Below are positions 1 to 14,110 of a stretch of DNA of 64,000 nt, one piece after another. The position numbers and the translations under genes were made by a program. The stretch comes from Hydrolagus colliei (Eukaryota). Numbering within the stretch: the stretch's first letter is position 1; the number at the start of each line of letters is the position of its first letter. The stretch covers positions 6,324,001-6,388,000 of the forward strand of contig CM068756.1 of assembly GCA_035084275.1 (NCBI GenBank), written 5' to 3'. The notes under the pieces were generated by a model, which was given only the letters and a program-made list of their open reading frames with translations, was not told where the DNA came from and did no database searches.

Positions 1-75
1 TGTTGGAAGGAGAGAGGAGGTCAGAGAGGTGCAGAGGAGTGGAGGGATTTAAATGCAAACATGAGGATCTTGTAC
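1..75 (-). mobile_element. L2 fragment at the window edge
   Basis: Minus translation YKILMFAFKSLHSSAPL matches the L2 motif FKILVLTFKSLHGLAPP. Confidence 0.6.
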
Positions 76-2084
76 GAGCATGAGGATGAGAATAGCCGCC
101 AAACATATCGGCACATACATGGGCAACAGATGATACTACAGTCATTCAATACCCTTTGTTTCTTGCTCATTGTATGGATTAAAGGATGGTAAAGCGCGTT
201 TTGCACATGATCACTAGTTACAATTTCATATAGAGTTAAACTTCTAGACTGCATGCTTATGCAGGAATTGCGTGACAGTATTTTTTGAGTCCTGCACTTG
301 ATATCCAATCCAGCTGTAAAAATGGTACAGTGGGTTTTGGTTTGAGTTGGAAAATGTGGCACCTTCATTGGAGCCCTGATATCATCTACTCTGTTTGTCT
401 CTGTTTTGCAGCTGGGCTCTGCACCAGTAATTACATTAGAACTCCAATGCATGAGAAATGGCAGTTTTCTAACTACCTGTGTCCTTAAATTTTGTATTCC
501 ATTAAGGCGTAGAATTATGCAGGTGTTTGAAGAATGTCACTGGAACAGATCCAAATGCAGCTATCTACGGTCTACCTGATTTCCCTAAAAAATCATTCAA
601 TAACAAAGGCATATATTAGTGATCCCTAGTTAAATTAATTCTATTATTTTAGGATATTCCTTAATTGATGAAAATTCACAGGCCAATAACACTTTTTCTC
701 TTGCTAATTTTCTGCATTCAAATTAAAGGATAGAACTATAGGGCATCACAGGGTTCTTCTGCCTTGTAAATGAGGCTTCTATTTATTTACCAGGAAAGCA
801 TGGTAGGCGCTACTATGTTAGACTCTTTGAAGAAACAGTAGTGGGAAGATGGTAGGGTGAGTATCCTGGAAGGATCAAATTAAATGGCACAAAAGGTCTT
901 CTTCACATGAACCTCTCTTGTGATCAGAACAGTGAAACACACAAAGAGGAACTTTCCTGTTCTATATTAAAAAAAAGAGATATAACAGCAAACAAGCTAT
1001 TATTAGCATATTATTGTGTTCAATAAGACATATTATTGACCAAATTGAATAGGAATGACCAGACACTACAGTATGTAGCAGTACTGTGTATATAACTGGC
1101 CAGATTTAGCATTAAAGAAATGAAGGATTGTTAGTTTTCTCTAAAAAAAAGAACGCTGGGAGGTGCACATTAAGATACCAATCAATCTCACAGGTTTATA
1201 TAGCTTTGCTTGTAAATCTGCTACCGTACCACCAAATCTACTGTATTGAGTACATGTGGTGAATGAATAGCTAATAAAAGTCCACAGGTAGTTAAAGTTA
1301 AAGTCAGGAGGGTTGTGTAGATTTCCAAAATTGGGAGCTCAATTGAGCACATCAATTTTAGAAAAAAAATCATAGCTTAGCTACGTAGCAAAGAAAACGG
1401 ATCGAGACCGCCAGTGAAACAGTAATGTTTCAGGAAAACTTTGCTCCTCCGAAAGAGAAACATTAACTTTATATATTGTCTAGATCTAAAGGTTAAGAGG
1501 TTTGACTTTATAAAACCTCAAGGAGCAGGAGATTCAGGAATGCCGAAATTGCACACTTAAAGTTCATTGCTTGCTGGTAATTAACACTGCAGGCCACTGT
1601 GAGAGCAGGAAATGCTCCACATCAGAGAACAGAAGAATATGTGCACCATTCCACTTCCTTCAAAAATGTACCATATACTGTACATGCAAGAGCTTGTTAA
1701 AACATTAAGGTTGCACAGGTTCCACATTGCAATTCAAGATTCAATGATTTGGAATAATGTTATTCGTGTGTCTGATTGTAAGAATACAGCTACTCACCAG
1801 TGGCCCAGTATTGCAAGGTTGTCTTACTTCATTATAAGTACATTGCAGGTTTTACAAAATTAGATATTTTTGTATTTTTTTCAAAAAAACTAACATAAAG
1901 CAATATTCATCTTCTATAAATCTAATATTCAGTGAACTTGTATTACAAAGTATCTATTATATATTAAAGCATTCCCATTTCCCATTTCTGCCCTTTTCAG
2001 AAGCTAAATTATGTGCATTAGTACATAAATGAGCTAATGCCTGCCTGTATTTAGAAGACTGCATGGCATGAATATATTCTCTGC

Positions 2085-2240
2085 NNNNNNNNNNNNNNNN
2101 NNNNNNNNNNNNNNNNNNNNNNNNNNNNNNNNNNNNNNNNNNNNNNNNNNNNNNNNNNNNNNNNNNNNNNNNNNNNNNNNNNNNNNNNNNNNNNNNNNNN
2201 NNNNNNNNNNNNNNNNNNNNNNNNNNNNNNNNNNNNNNNN
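2085..2240. other. Assembly gap
   Basis: Run of N. Confidence 1.
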
Positions 2241-2716
2241 AACCTGTATCAATAGAAGAGACAGTTTAAAATTTGTTAACCATGGCTATTTACCACCCTC
2301 ATCAAAACAATTTAATATCAGGTACGATTGTTGTACAAATATCATCAGTTTTTATTTTATAAAACAATTTAATGAATTTGTATATATAATTTGAAAACAC
2401 ACAATAAAAGATATTTTACCCCAAAATGTTTAAACTTTTATCCTGCTCTTGTAATGAATACAGGCTGCAGTGAACACTATTGACCAAGGCAGCAGCCTTT
2501 GAGAAACTAAAGGAAAACTGATTTATTTTCAAACAATTGGCTGAATTAATGAAACTTCATTGAAATACCTCAAGCTTTAGCTCAACAAAATAATTGAAAA
2601 TGTTAAAAGTACAAGGTACAACAAATGCAAAAGATTAGCTGAAGCATTAACCTTAGATAAATCATATTATATATATATTTTTCCTATCATATTCATTACA
2701 ACTAGTAATCTGCAAA

Positions 2717-2942
2717 TAATAATAATCTTTGCATTTGATATAGTGCTTTTCATGTCTTCAAGACGTCTCAAAGAGCTTCACAGACTGTAAAATGAATTGA
2801 CTGTATATTTGTGGGTGAAACGTGGCAGCCAATTGCACACAGTAGTGCCCCACAAACAGTCGTGAATTGAGTGACCAATTTGTTTTTTAGGGATTATTAT
2901 CAGGCGTGTGGAGTAAGGAAACTTGCCCAAGGTTTCACCCTA
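2717..2942 (-). mobile_element. Same SINE family, 5'-truncated
   Basis: Colinear with 61925-62160, e.g. gtgtggagtaaggaaacttgccc and agacgtctcaaagagcttcacaga. Confidence 0.85.
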
Positions 2943-5900
2943 GTTAATCATAATCCTTGCACAATAATAAAGCGAAGTAAATACTTGGTTGAGTAAGAAA
3001 TACAAGCTTTTGATTATTATTAAACTATGTTTTTAATCCTACATTCAAATGGATTAAGTTTCTTTCTACTGTATAACCATAATTTTGTTGGCACTATTTT
3101 ATTGTGGAGCAGCATTAATTCATTAAATCATTCCCTCAAATTAAAATGCTACCTTGGATAACCCTAAAGCAACATTAGGCACCAGACTAATTTATTCTAG
3201 TTTATTCCTTTACATCAACCAAAAGTTAACATTAAGGTGTATTTGAATATTTGACTCTGATATTAAGTGACAAAGAAACATTTTTATCCACAAATGACTG
3301 CCGATTCACGTTATATCAGAGTTGAGACAACCTCAATTTTAATATTTTATTTTTGAATGTCTGTCAATCACCTCGGAAAAGGAGTGAAAGGCAATTCACA
3401 TGAATAATAATCCCCATTAATATGGAGTTATAATGTAATTAAATATCCACAAATTGTTTATAAATAATGTTTATGAATTAACTTGAGTGCTGTAAATAGA
3501 ATAATCCACGAGCAACCAATGGCATATGATTTGTCATCCAAGTGTGAACGGAATATTATACATGTTCACTAGTAGCTATTATCATTCAGTTTGTTAGCAT
3601 GCTTATGAAAAGAAGATGTATGTCCGTACATCCTCTGTTGATAGCAGCATTCATACCCTGTACATAAAACTTTATGATTATAAATATGATTTAAAAAGTG
3701 TAAGTTCACAAACGGGATTCAATAATAGTGACTGAGTCATTATCGGTGAACCTCGTTGCAAAGGACCGCTTTTTAAGGCTCTATGTTGGCAGTGTGTCCA
3801 CTGATAGATCATACGCCAAACTAGCTAATCGCCATCTCCGACACCATCTTCACATTGTCCATGATCACCTTGGTTCCCGATTATGATACTGTATCAAATA
3901 ACTCAGTACACTTTTAGCCACCACCTTACTTTGTTTCTTGCGGAATTCAGTGGACTGAACTTAGAGAGACCTTCAGAATCTAAAGAAGTTGATTTGATGT
4001 TGTGTCCTATCAACCTTTTCTTATGCTGCATGAGAGCAGAATTCACTCTACACCTGCAACAAACCCATTCACGTCATTTGTCATTGGCCTACGTTGCATC
4101 CTTTCCTTGAATATTTTATATAGTTTTAAAACAGTTACTTATTTATAAGTAAACACCCACTTTACAACCAAGTTCAAATCTGATGGTATCTGAAAAGTAG
4201 ATACTGGTTTCAGGATGAAGTAAGCTGCTTCAGCGGGTTATGCATTTTGCGCTGATCAGACTGTCAGTTTGAATATAATACCAATGAAAACAAAGGTAAG
4301 CAAGCAAAAATAATTTGAGTCATGTATTTAATGTCACTTTCCGTGCATTATGCTTTTATATTTTTAAACTGAAGATCTTTCTGAATGCAGTTTCAATTCA
4401 GCACCAATATGCTGCTATCATTTTGCTCTGGTTTTGTAAGATTGCGTGGCAGAGGTTTTATGAAACTACTTTGAAACGAAAGAATCCTTTTCCTTTTGGT
4501 CTACTGCCAACATCATTTATGGCAAGGCACATTGTGTGAAAATGATAACATGGCAATGAACTCCCAACAAAAAACACACAATTACAATAATTACAAAGAA
4601 AAAGAAGAAACAAAATCAATGGTAAGAAGGTTTTAAACATATAGCAAGTTTGATTTGTTATAATCTTTGGCCATTGCAAATATTTCTGCTGCTTCCAGTA
4701 GAGTCTATATTTTTATTACCACCCTGGCATGACATGTACTTTTCTATTCTGAAGTTATAAGTTTCTAGCTTGGTTTTGCCCCCACAAAATATGCAGTCAA
4801 TTCACTTTGAGACATCTCGAAGACATGGTAAGGCACTATATCAAATGCATTATTATTAAGCTTATTATTTATTATGGTTTGATGACAATGCTGGTTTCCA
4901 AAGAAGGCAACAGTATAGAGACTTCTACCATTTGTCATTCTATATATTCTATAGCTCAACTATATGTAACGCTGTAGATGTACAGAGTATCTCTTGAATT
5001 CCTGGCTCCTCAAACAAATTAATGATTCTCTTTGTGACTGTTTGTGAGTCAATGCTGTGCATAACGCTGTTTTTCTATAAAATATACAGTCACTTTACTT
5101 TATAGCAATTACCTATAAGTCATCTAATACATCTCTGTACAGTTGTGTGATTGATTGTGTGGATATGGGAGAATAGGCCAGGATTTTAGACTGATGAGCA
5201 ATAGAGATAATGTAGCTAGAAGCAGGCTATTCAACTAAGTTAAAATAGAGGTTTGCAGATGATGAATTAATATTCCAAAGTTTTGTTTCATTATCTATAA
5301 GGTTCAGAAATATTCTCAGAGTGTTTCCAGCAGGAGACGGGAGTGGTTGGGTGAGGTCGATTTTCCATGATTTGATGAGCCAAATAGCCCATTTCATTCC
5401 ATCCTTACTCATGATCTTAAATGAACAAATGTAGCAGCTGTATTTTGGATTATGGCAAAATGACACATTGTTCTGCCCTATCAATGTGCAATGCCATTAT
5501 TCAATACAATGATTTACTACATGTAACAGGGATACTCCGAGGTCTACATTACATCATAATGAATAGCAGATTGTTGCATACATAGAAAGAAATATAATTC
5601 ATACGGATATAAAATTACCAAATGCAAAGATTGGCCTAAATCTACAAATGGGAAAAAAAATGATGTAAGTCATTTATGGAGCATTTTATGGAAGTATTTT
5701 GTACCTACATTGTACATGTGGTTTTGTGACTTCCATTTCAAAGATCTTACTTGTGGCTACTTATTGCTGCATGATGTGATCCATCATAAATCTGGGCATA
5801 GATAAATTACCAATAAGATATTAAAACTTATACACAGAACTCTCATTACCTACATTTTCAAGTGCTCAAATTAAATGCTGCTGCAATATAAGAGCTTACT

Positions 5901-8339
5901 GTCCTTACAAGTTAGTTTTCCATGCAGATAGAACAGTAATTTTTTATTAAGAAAACATGTTTAATGTTGCGTTTGTATGACTGTACATTTAATGGAACCC
6001 TGCCATTAACTTTAACAGAAACATTCAATTACTGTGCTTATTTATGTTAAGGATTAACAAATTTGGATTCAAAAAAGACAGATAATGCAGTTTCATTGAA
6101 AGATTGGCCAATTCCAGCATCTTACTGATTTGTTCATTTTATTGTTCATACCAAAATGATTTATTTGCATTGGTTTTGCCTTTCGCCATGTAACTTAAGA
6201 AAATGGGCCTTGTTTCTGTATTGTACATTTCTTACATTCTCATTTGGTAATTTGACCAGCGAGAAAAAAAAAGTGTGCTTTCAACCTGAATGCTCGTTTA
6301 TACCGTTCCAGCCATTCCAGATAGCTCAGACGGTTATAGCTGAATTCTGGATTTGAAACCCAGTAAATCCACTCAACATTTTTGCTTCTAAAATGAGAAC
6401 TATCTTTGTACATTATCAGGATCATGACTGGGTAGTTGGCAGGCGGGGAGTGGGGGTGGGGGAAGAAAGAGGGAGACGAAGAGGGAGCTAAATACGGCCT
6501 CCGTGGACACTGACAGGTAAAACAAGAGCCCACAGCAATTCAAGGATTATTAATGGCTGATCACCAATAAGACTTGGAGATGCAGACATGTCCTTAACTC
6601 TGGACACCAAGACTCTAACTGGTAGGGTAGTTTTAGATGTGCAAGTATCATTAAACTTTCTTCTATTTTACAACTGAGTGAAATTGGCCTATATGCATAT
6701 AATTAGGAGCTGAATTTGATACAAGTTCAGTATATACGAAATATAATCCATTGAAAGGTTGTTTGTGTAACAATGAAACATCTGTGTTAAATAACTATCA
6801 GAGTCTGATAATTATTTCAAAGACAGACTTTTTTTCAAAATGACCTTAGTTTTACATGTGAACCATTTAAAAATCAAGATTATTGTTTCAGTATATTGTT
6901 ACTTTAAGACTGTATCTCCAACCTAATTCTTATGCTTTAATTTGCATGAATTGCTTTATGCGAGTGGTGCAGTATTTCTCTGATGCACCTTATGTAAAAA
7001 GACATCCAACAATCAGATATGAATCTAATTTTGTTCCCATTTCTAGACAATACCCAGCGATCCCAACAGAAAAGTTCAATGATGTGGACATCGGGAGAAA
7101 ACAGGACTGAGCTGAAGTGTAATGCCCATCACAGATGAGTAGACTATAACAACTCATTGTCCAGACTGATGGTCATGTATGAAGATTGGTCAGGAATCTT
7201 ATTACCAATCCCCATTTAAAGTCACTACCTTAACAAGAGGAGGGGGAGATGATGAGACAAAAAAGAGCGAAAATAGTTTTACAAAAAAAAGAACAGCACA
7301 AGATTTGGTGTATCGCAAACTGAGATGCTGTTTTCAAACAATGAGACATTGGCTTGATGTTTTTTTTCCACGTAGTCTCAAGCACATGATATGGTGTTGG
7401 CATGTGCTTTTATGGGTGTTATTATTTCTATATATACTGTGTATACTATATTTACTGTATATATACTATAGAAATGTAAATGACATATTGACTTGTTTTT
7501 GTTTTAGGCCATTTATTCTTCCATTTTGTTTTCTTTATCAATGGCCAACAACAACTTTGCATTTATATCGCACCCTTCACACTGGATAGCATCACAGAGC
7601 ACTCAATACCCAGGGATAGTCAGCTGCTCCTTGTATAGCACACAATTAAACTAGAAGATACATTGCTATTTCAGTTAGATAAGAATTTACGTGAGGATTT
7701 ACTTTAATGGATGATAGAAAGGAATGCCATAACTTTTCCATATTAATAAAGGGTCATGTGTCTGTTATATAAAAAGAGATTTATTGATGCTAACTATTGA
7801 TTTTATTCCTCATCTCTATCAACAGGATAGAAAAAATGTAACTGATCAGGACAAACGCATAACCCATGAGTAACAAAGTCACAATTTAATTGTGTAGGTC
7901 ACCTATATGAATAGATATGTCACGCTTAAGTCATTATATATTTAATTTGTCCTGCAGTGCTGACTTAAGGGATTTATCCAAAAGGACAATTTGTGACCTT
8001 GATTGGAATTTGCATTTGACAAATCTTTGGGTTGGCACTGCATATCAGTGAAGAACGCATGACCTGTATCCAAAGGTACTCTGTCAGGCTGCTGTTTGAT
8101 GCCCACCAACATTGAGTTGGCATAGATCCTGAAACGGGATCATGCAGATCCCATGGAAGATTCAATGGGTCTATTGAAGGGTTTCTTCTCATCCTCAAGA
8201 ATTGGAACAGGTATGACAGGGTATGCAGTGTATGCAGTGCGGGTATGCGGTGTTCTTTTACATTTCATTACACATTTTTCTCACTTTTAAGATATCTTAA
8301 ATGGCATCTGTATGCACATGTCCCTGGTCATACAAATAC

Positions 8340-8725
8340 AATGATTTGATGTCACATCATCAAGTTATCACAAAGCACTACATAAGACTTTACTATAAAG
8401 TATATTGACTGTGTATATGTAGGTGAATGTGGCAACATTCTACATTCTGCAAAGTTTCTCTCTGCCCCCAAATAGCCGCGAAATAAGGGATCAATTTCAC
8501 CTGAGTGTTGGCCAGAAAACTGGGAAAAACTCCCTTCGCAGATAGTGCTGTGGGATATTTAACGGCAACAGCATGATTAACTGGTAGGTGGGACTTTTAT
8601 TTTATGTCTCACCCAAAGGACTGCAACTAACAATGGAGCGAACTCCAGCACTACACTTCAAAGATTTGATGTGGGACCTGAATCTACAATCTTTTGACTC
8701 AGAGACAAGTGTGCTTCCAACTAAG
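8340..8725 (-). mobile_element. Degenerate SINE (related tail/body)
   Basis: ttgactgtgtatatgtaggtgaatgtggca body; head-like cttttgactcagagacaagtgtgcttccaactaag. Confidence 0.55.
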
Positions 8726-11700
8726 TCATATTATTACAATATGGTGATATAATAGTATGCACGTACATCAGAAATGGGGCACAGATCTTACACAAGCGTT
8801 TCCCTTTAATACCTTTTTACAGAAAGAGCAATCTGGCATTGTTACGAGTAACAGAGTAAATTTCAAGCAGGCTGTTACATTTTTAATGTTAAATAGAGAG
8901 TGTGTGGTTCTCTAATAACATTACAAAGCCTAAGGGCGCCAAGAACTTTCGATTTTAAAAAGTTTGTTGGGAATTGGCTGCATTGTAATCTGATTTACAA
9001 GGCAGCAAATGGCCTTGATTTGATCCATGTAGCAGTAGTTTGGGGGTTTGTTTGTTGGCGTTGCAGGGTGGCGAGGATTCGAACCAGTGCTATAAAAATA
9101 AAAACAGCAGAAATCTAATCGAATCAGCCCTAACTGTGCAGTATGAAAAGGACACAAGTTTTAATGAGTAGGTTATTTCAAGTGGCTTGAAATTGTACCC
9201 TCTTGACCCTTGAAAAAAATATTGGGAAGCTGGATGGATATGCAATTGGCCAATATGTAAATTTTAACAACAAGTACCAGAATGAGTTAAATTTTTTTCA
9301 ATGCCAAATCAAGAAGTACTTCATATGGAAGACACACTGAATTGGGTCAGGCTGTATCAAGAATGCTGTAATCTCCTGGATCACTGTTGTAATTGCATTC
9401 CATTAATGAATCAGTTTGGGGCATGACCAAAATGAACATACTGAGGTTGTTTCCACAAATCCAAGGCTTGTTCATCTTGAATTACATAAATGATTACTGA
9501 CATGGTGTCTCCAAACTGTCCATTTTATTATGCAGAGAAATGATTTACCCACCCTGCCTCTCATCAATTGTTTTGAACATTAATATTTATGAAGAATTTG
9601 TTATAATTTTATAGAAGACAGATAAAACAAAAAGGCAGATATAGACTGATAGCATCTAACTCAATATCAACTCCATCAGAACATCAAGACAATTAGCATG
9701 CAAGCTGTCAAACTTTCATAGCAGATTTTATTTCCAGTAAATAACATGCCTACTCGCAAATTAATCTCCACAGTATGCAATAGTTTTACGATGTAATTAG
9801 ATTTCAATATCATTAATATATAAAATGGGTGGATCATGGTAAGGTTCAAACAATTTAAGGTAGAGATATATATACTGTATATATTAAAGAATGGAGATAC
9901 CTGAAAGTTCACCTAGGAAAGTTTCCTGATTCCTTTATCTGCAATAAAATCAAAGAAATTTAAGTGTAGTCCTGTGTTTTCTGTGCACAACATAAAACTT
10001 GCAGACAACATTACTGCTGGGTAATCTTAGAGAAACACAAGATTTGAGTAAACAAGAATGTCAGGAAAATTAGTCAATGAACAAATCTTCTGCAGTTAGC
10101 ACCACTCTGACCATTCTTCCCCTTCAGAACAAAATTTGGTGAAAATAGAGGTAAAAGTCCAATTTAACTTGTTGCACCCTTGTTCAAGACCTCGAAGTAC
10201 CCCACCGTATACTGACGCTCAGGTTTTGTATCAAGTTCAACCAACATTAAGGAACCTGAGACCCTACATGTGTGAATGGACTCTGTATATATGCAAGTTG
10301 TTGTTGTAAGCAAAAACTCTATCAGCGATACGTTCAGACCCCAAATCACTGATGATACCAAATAGTGAGAAGTAGATATTGAGAATTCAGGGGGAAAAAG
10401 AAAGTGTTGGTCACTTTCTCTAAACAAAATTGCATTAGGAGTGGAAGGGTTCTGGTTTGTACTGTCTAATGCAGGTTTCCCTCTCTATTCAGAGAGGTGC
10501 AAGATCATCTCAGTTTGAATCTTGCACAAAATTTTTCCTCCCTTCCAGAGCCTCTGTTTATTGTCTCCCCTGATACTGTCCCCGAGGCCAGGAGATCATT
10601 TAGGGGCAATTATAGGTGTGAACCCACAGGCTACCATTTTGTGGCACAGCACCTTGGTTTGCCAATACGTTGTGGCACTGTGCCACTCCAGATGTGCATA
10701 TTTTTTACCATATGGCATCTGTAGGAATGATCAACTCGCACTGACTCTCATAATGCAGTGTTCGAGAAATGTACCAAGTTACAAGATATTTCCTTATTCT
10801 GTTGTTTTGTTGAACAAGTAAAATGACGCAATCTCGTTATTAATTATATTTTGTTCCAATGATCCTCAGCAGGTCGGTACATTGAAAAAAAATCCTACAA
10901 ACTGAACGATAAAAAAGTCAGTGGTTTGAACCATAGCCAGAAATCAGTATTATATGTTATTCAGATTTCTGGCCCTTTTTGAAAATAGCAGAATTCACTC
11001 ATTAAAATTTGCTGCGCTGGATACATTATAAAGTACATAAACATTTTATGTATAGAAACGTACAAGAGGTCAGGATATATTTGAGACGTGCCTCCTGAAA
11101 GAGTACAGTGATGATGTTTAATTGCTATATTGGCCAGATTGAAGGCTCCATGCAGAGACTAAATACTATAAAACAAGCATTTCAGTTCATTATCAAAGGT
11201 GCTGAGACTAGGGAAAATAAAAGCCAACTGTAGCTATGCAAATAGTTGAACCCTTGCTTTTTTACGGAATGATTTGCAATAAAAATGCAAATGCATCCAT
11301 TGGGGAATTTCATAACATGGTCACAACATAAAAATAATTTATTTAATGAAATCCATAATGTGATCTATGTTTTGTTCTGCCAGAATATTATAAAAATATA
11401 GAAATATAATTTTTAAAAGAAAAAAACAAATACAATATATATATTTTGATCTTAAATCAGATTTTCATCATCAGATCAGCTGGGGTCCATCAGTTATGAA
11501 ATGCACACGTTTCTCACAATACAAAAAGTTGCACGAGGCAAAGATGTATATGGTCTGGAGAAGAAATACCCCGCAGCTGTTTTAATTAGTGATTAAAAGG
11601 ATGTTAATCAGCTGTTTAGCTTTTCCCAGTTTGAAATATTTATGCAGTGATTAGAATTTATGCTATGCAGCTTTATGTAACTCAAAGCTCCTCCCAAACA

Positions 11701-12699
11701 GTGTGTCCTTGAAGGTGTAAGTTGAATTTGTGTGTCCTTAGGATTCATTCATTACAAGACTCGAGGGTCGCTGGCAACAGGAAGTACATTTTGTGTTTTT
11801 AATGTGGTTTTCGACCAGCATCAATCATTCTGTGCAATTAAGCAATTCTCTCACATTTCTGCTGCGACAAACTCCAGGATACAAAACACACTGACAGCTG
11901 TCTTAAATAGGCTGACACAAATTAGGTAGTGAGGGCACAGGCCTAAATGTCTTCATTGTAAGAATATCTGTCATTTATTCTAGACACATCTGCCTGATTT
12001 ATTAAACCCTTTGAAGCCTACAGTCTTCTTTATGATGCCGACATACTAGACAATTTTTTTAGAATGGAAACTACTAGGATAATCCTAAATGTAGCATATT
12101 TTCTGTTCTCAGAACGTTTAAGAACATAAACACTTCCATTGTGTGGAATATTGCAGCACTGTTTGTTTTACAAGGTTTAATTAAGAAAAAAAAATTATTC
12201 AAACAAATAGTTTCCAAAAAAAAGGACTGATTTCAACAAAGCTTCAGTGCAGAAATCCCATGGAACATGATAGTGTCTGGAGCAGTATAGCTGTCAGCCC
12301 ACAGGGTCACAGGTTCAAATCCTATCCTCAACCAGCATTCTAACCCACTTAACCTCGATGAGTAATCTTGCCAATTCTCAGCTGAGCAGTTACATGGACA
12401 CTATTTTGACTAGAAAGACGCCACAATGGTAGGTGGTGGTAGGAAGGGACTGGGAGTGTTTATCAGGAGGACCAATCTAGATTCATAGAAGTATAGCTAA
12501 ATGTGTCATTGATAATAGGCACAGAGCCACAGACAAGCTGCACTAATGTGGCAGTCACATGGTTGGATAACTGTATAGAGGAAAACAGTTATAAATTTTA
12601 TATGATAGTACATGAGATCATAGAAGTGTAAAGATATTTCATAAAAGGTAGACTAGGCATTTTAGAACCCCTGTTAATACATTAAAATGTTCCCCTGTG

Positions 12700-12826
12700 T
12701 GGAATTGACTGCCACATTTCGCCCACAGAATATACAGCCAATTCATTTTACAGTACAGTCTGTGAAGCGCTTAGAGATGTCTCAACAACACGATGAAAGC
12801 GCTATATCAAGCGCAAGAATTATTGT
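12700..12826 (+). mobile_element. SINE 3' part
   Basis: ttgactgccacatttcgcccacag...tgtgaagcgcttagagatgtctc...gcgctatatcaagcgcaagaattatt. Confidence 0.78.
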
Positions 12827-13980
12827 TAAATTCTACTGTTATTGATTTATGTTTGTATTTATTATAATTGGTACTGTACTTGTAAAGGGCCTCTAACATA
12901 AAAACAAATGTCTCAGTTCAAATGTACACAAAAAGGGCTAAAGTGGATCTGTCCATGTGTAATTTAAAAACGTTTTACCTCTGAATATTATCCAGTGGGT
13001 TTTTTGGCAGAGGTGAATTGCACATAAACAAATGTATATTCTCAATATAGCAAGGTAACTGAAGTGAATTTACAGTGGAAGTCAAGCCTATTCTGAATGG
13101 AAAGAGCACTTGCTATCAGCAATATTGACAATACTTTTTAAATTTCATCTAGTTTTGTTTGAATTCTGTGTAAGATGTTTAAACACATAAGGAATGACAA
13201 TGAACCAATATAGATCTTCAGTATTTTCCAAGGCTGCTGAACATATGAATTTATCACAAAAATGATTGAAATTCGTTGGCAGTGCTGTGTCTTTTCCATT
13301 AAGCCTTGTTATCAGACAATGACAATAAACCAAATTCTGTCCAAGGCTGTCTATATACTGCCTTTTGACAAAGAATGTAGATTATGTCAAGGAGGTTTAG
13401 AGAATGTTTGTATCTGTCAAAAAGGGCACATCTGTACAAAGAAAAGCCCAAGGGAGTAATATCAAAAATTGTCTTAAACTTTACTTTATTTTAACAATTA
13501 ATGGTTGTGCATCCTTACTGTACCACTGCATTATCAGTGAGTGGTTTGAGTTGAAGGCTTTAATCCGTTAAAAGTGAATGATTGTCCAACGTATGGAATA
13601 GACATCTCTTATGAGCATGGCTCTATTACTTGTGAGCTTCAGTGACAGGATATAGCGGAAATGTGCCATGTCCTGATAACAACCCGATTGTATTGCACAC
13701 AGATAATGTCATTTTACGCCTTGTGGACTGAACTTTCCTTTCCATTTAAAATTAGTTGCTCGCTGAAAGTCAAAAGCTTGCTGTTCCAAAAAGAAACCTT
13801 TATCACCACTTTCACTCGTGTTATGTATTGATTTGCATTGCATTATACAAATGAACATGTTGCTTAACTCTTTTCAATAACAAATTAATTTCCAATTATT
13901 CAGCAGTAGAATCCAGGTGCACTCAGACAACATGCCACAAGGAGACATAGTTCTATTTTGGACTCATATCTCAAACGTTA

Positions 13981-14110
13981 ATAACAACAACAACAGCATG
14001 AATTTGTATAGCGCCTTTCACGTTGGGAGGACGTCCTCAGGTGCTGCTGTGAGTAGAGGGGCGAAGAGGTGGAGCTGGGGTGTAAGGAGAGGGGCAAGGA
14101 TGAGGTTGAG
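13981..14110 (-). mobile_element. L2 3' tail fragment
   Basis: aacaacaac...tgtatagcgcctttcacgttgggaggacgtcc is the reverse complement of the L2 tail. Confidence 0.75.
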
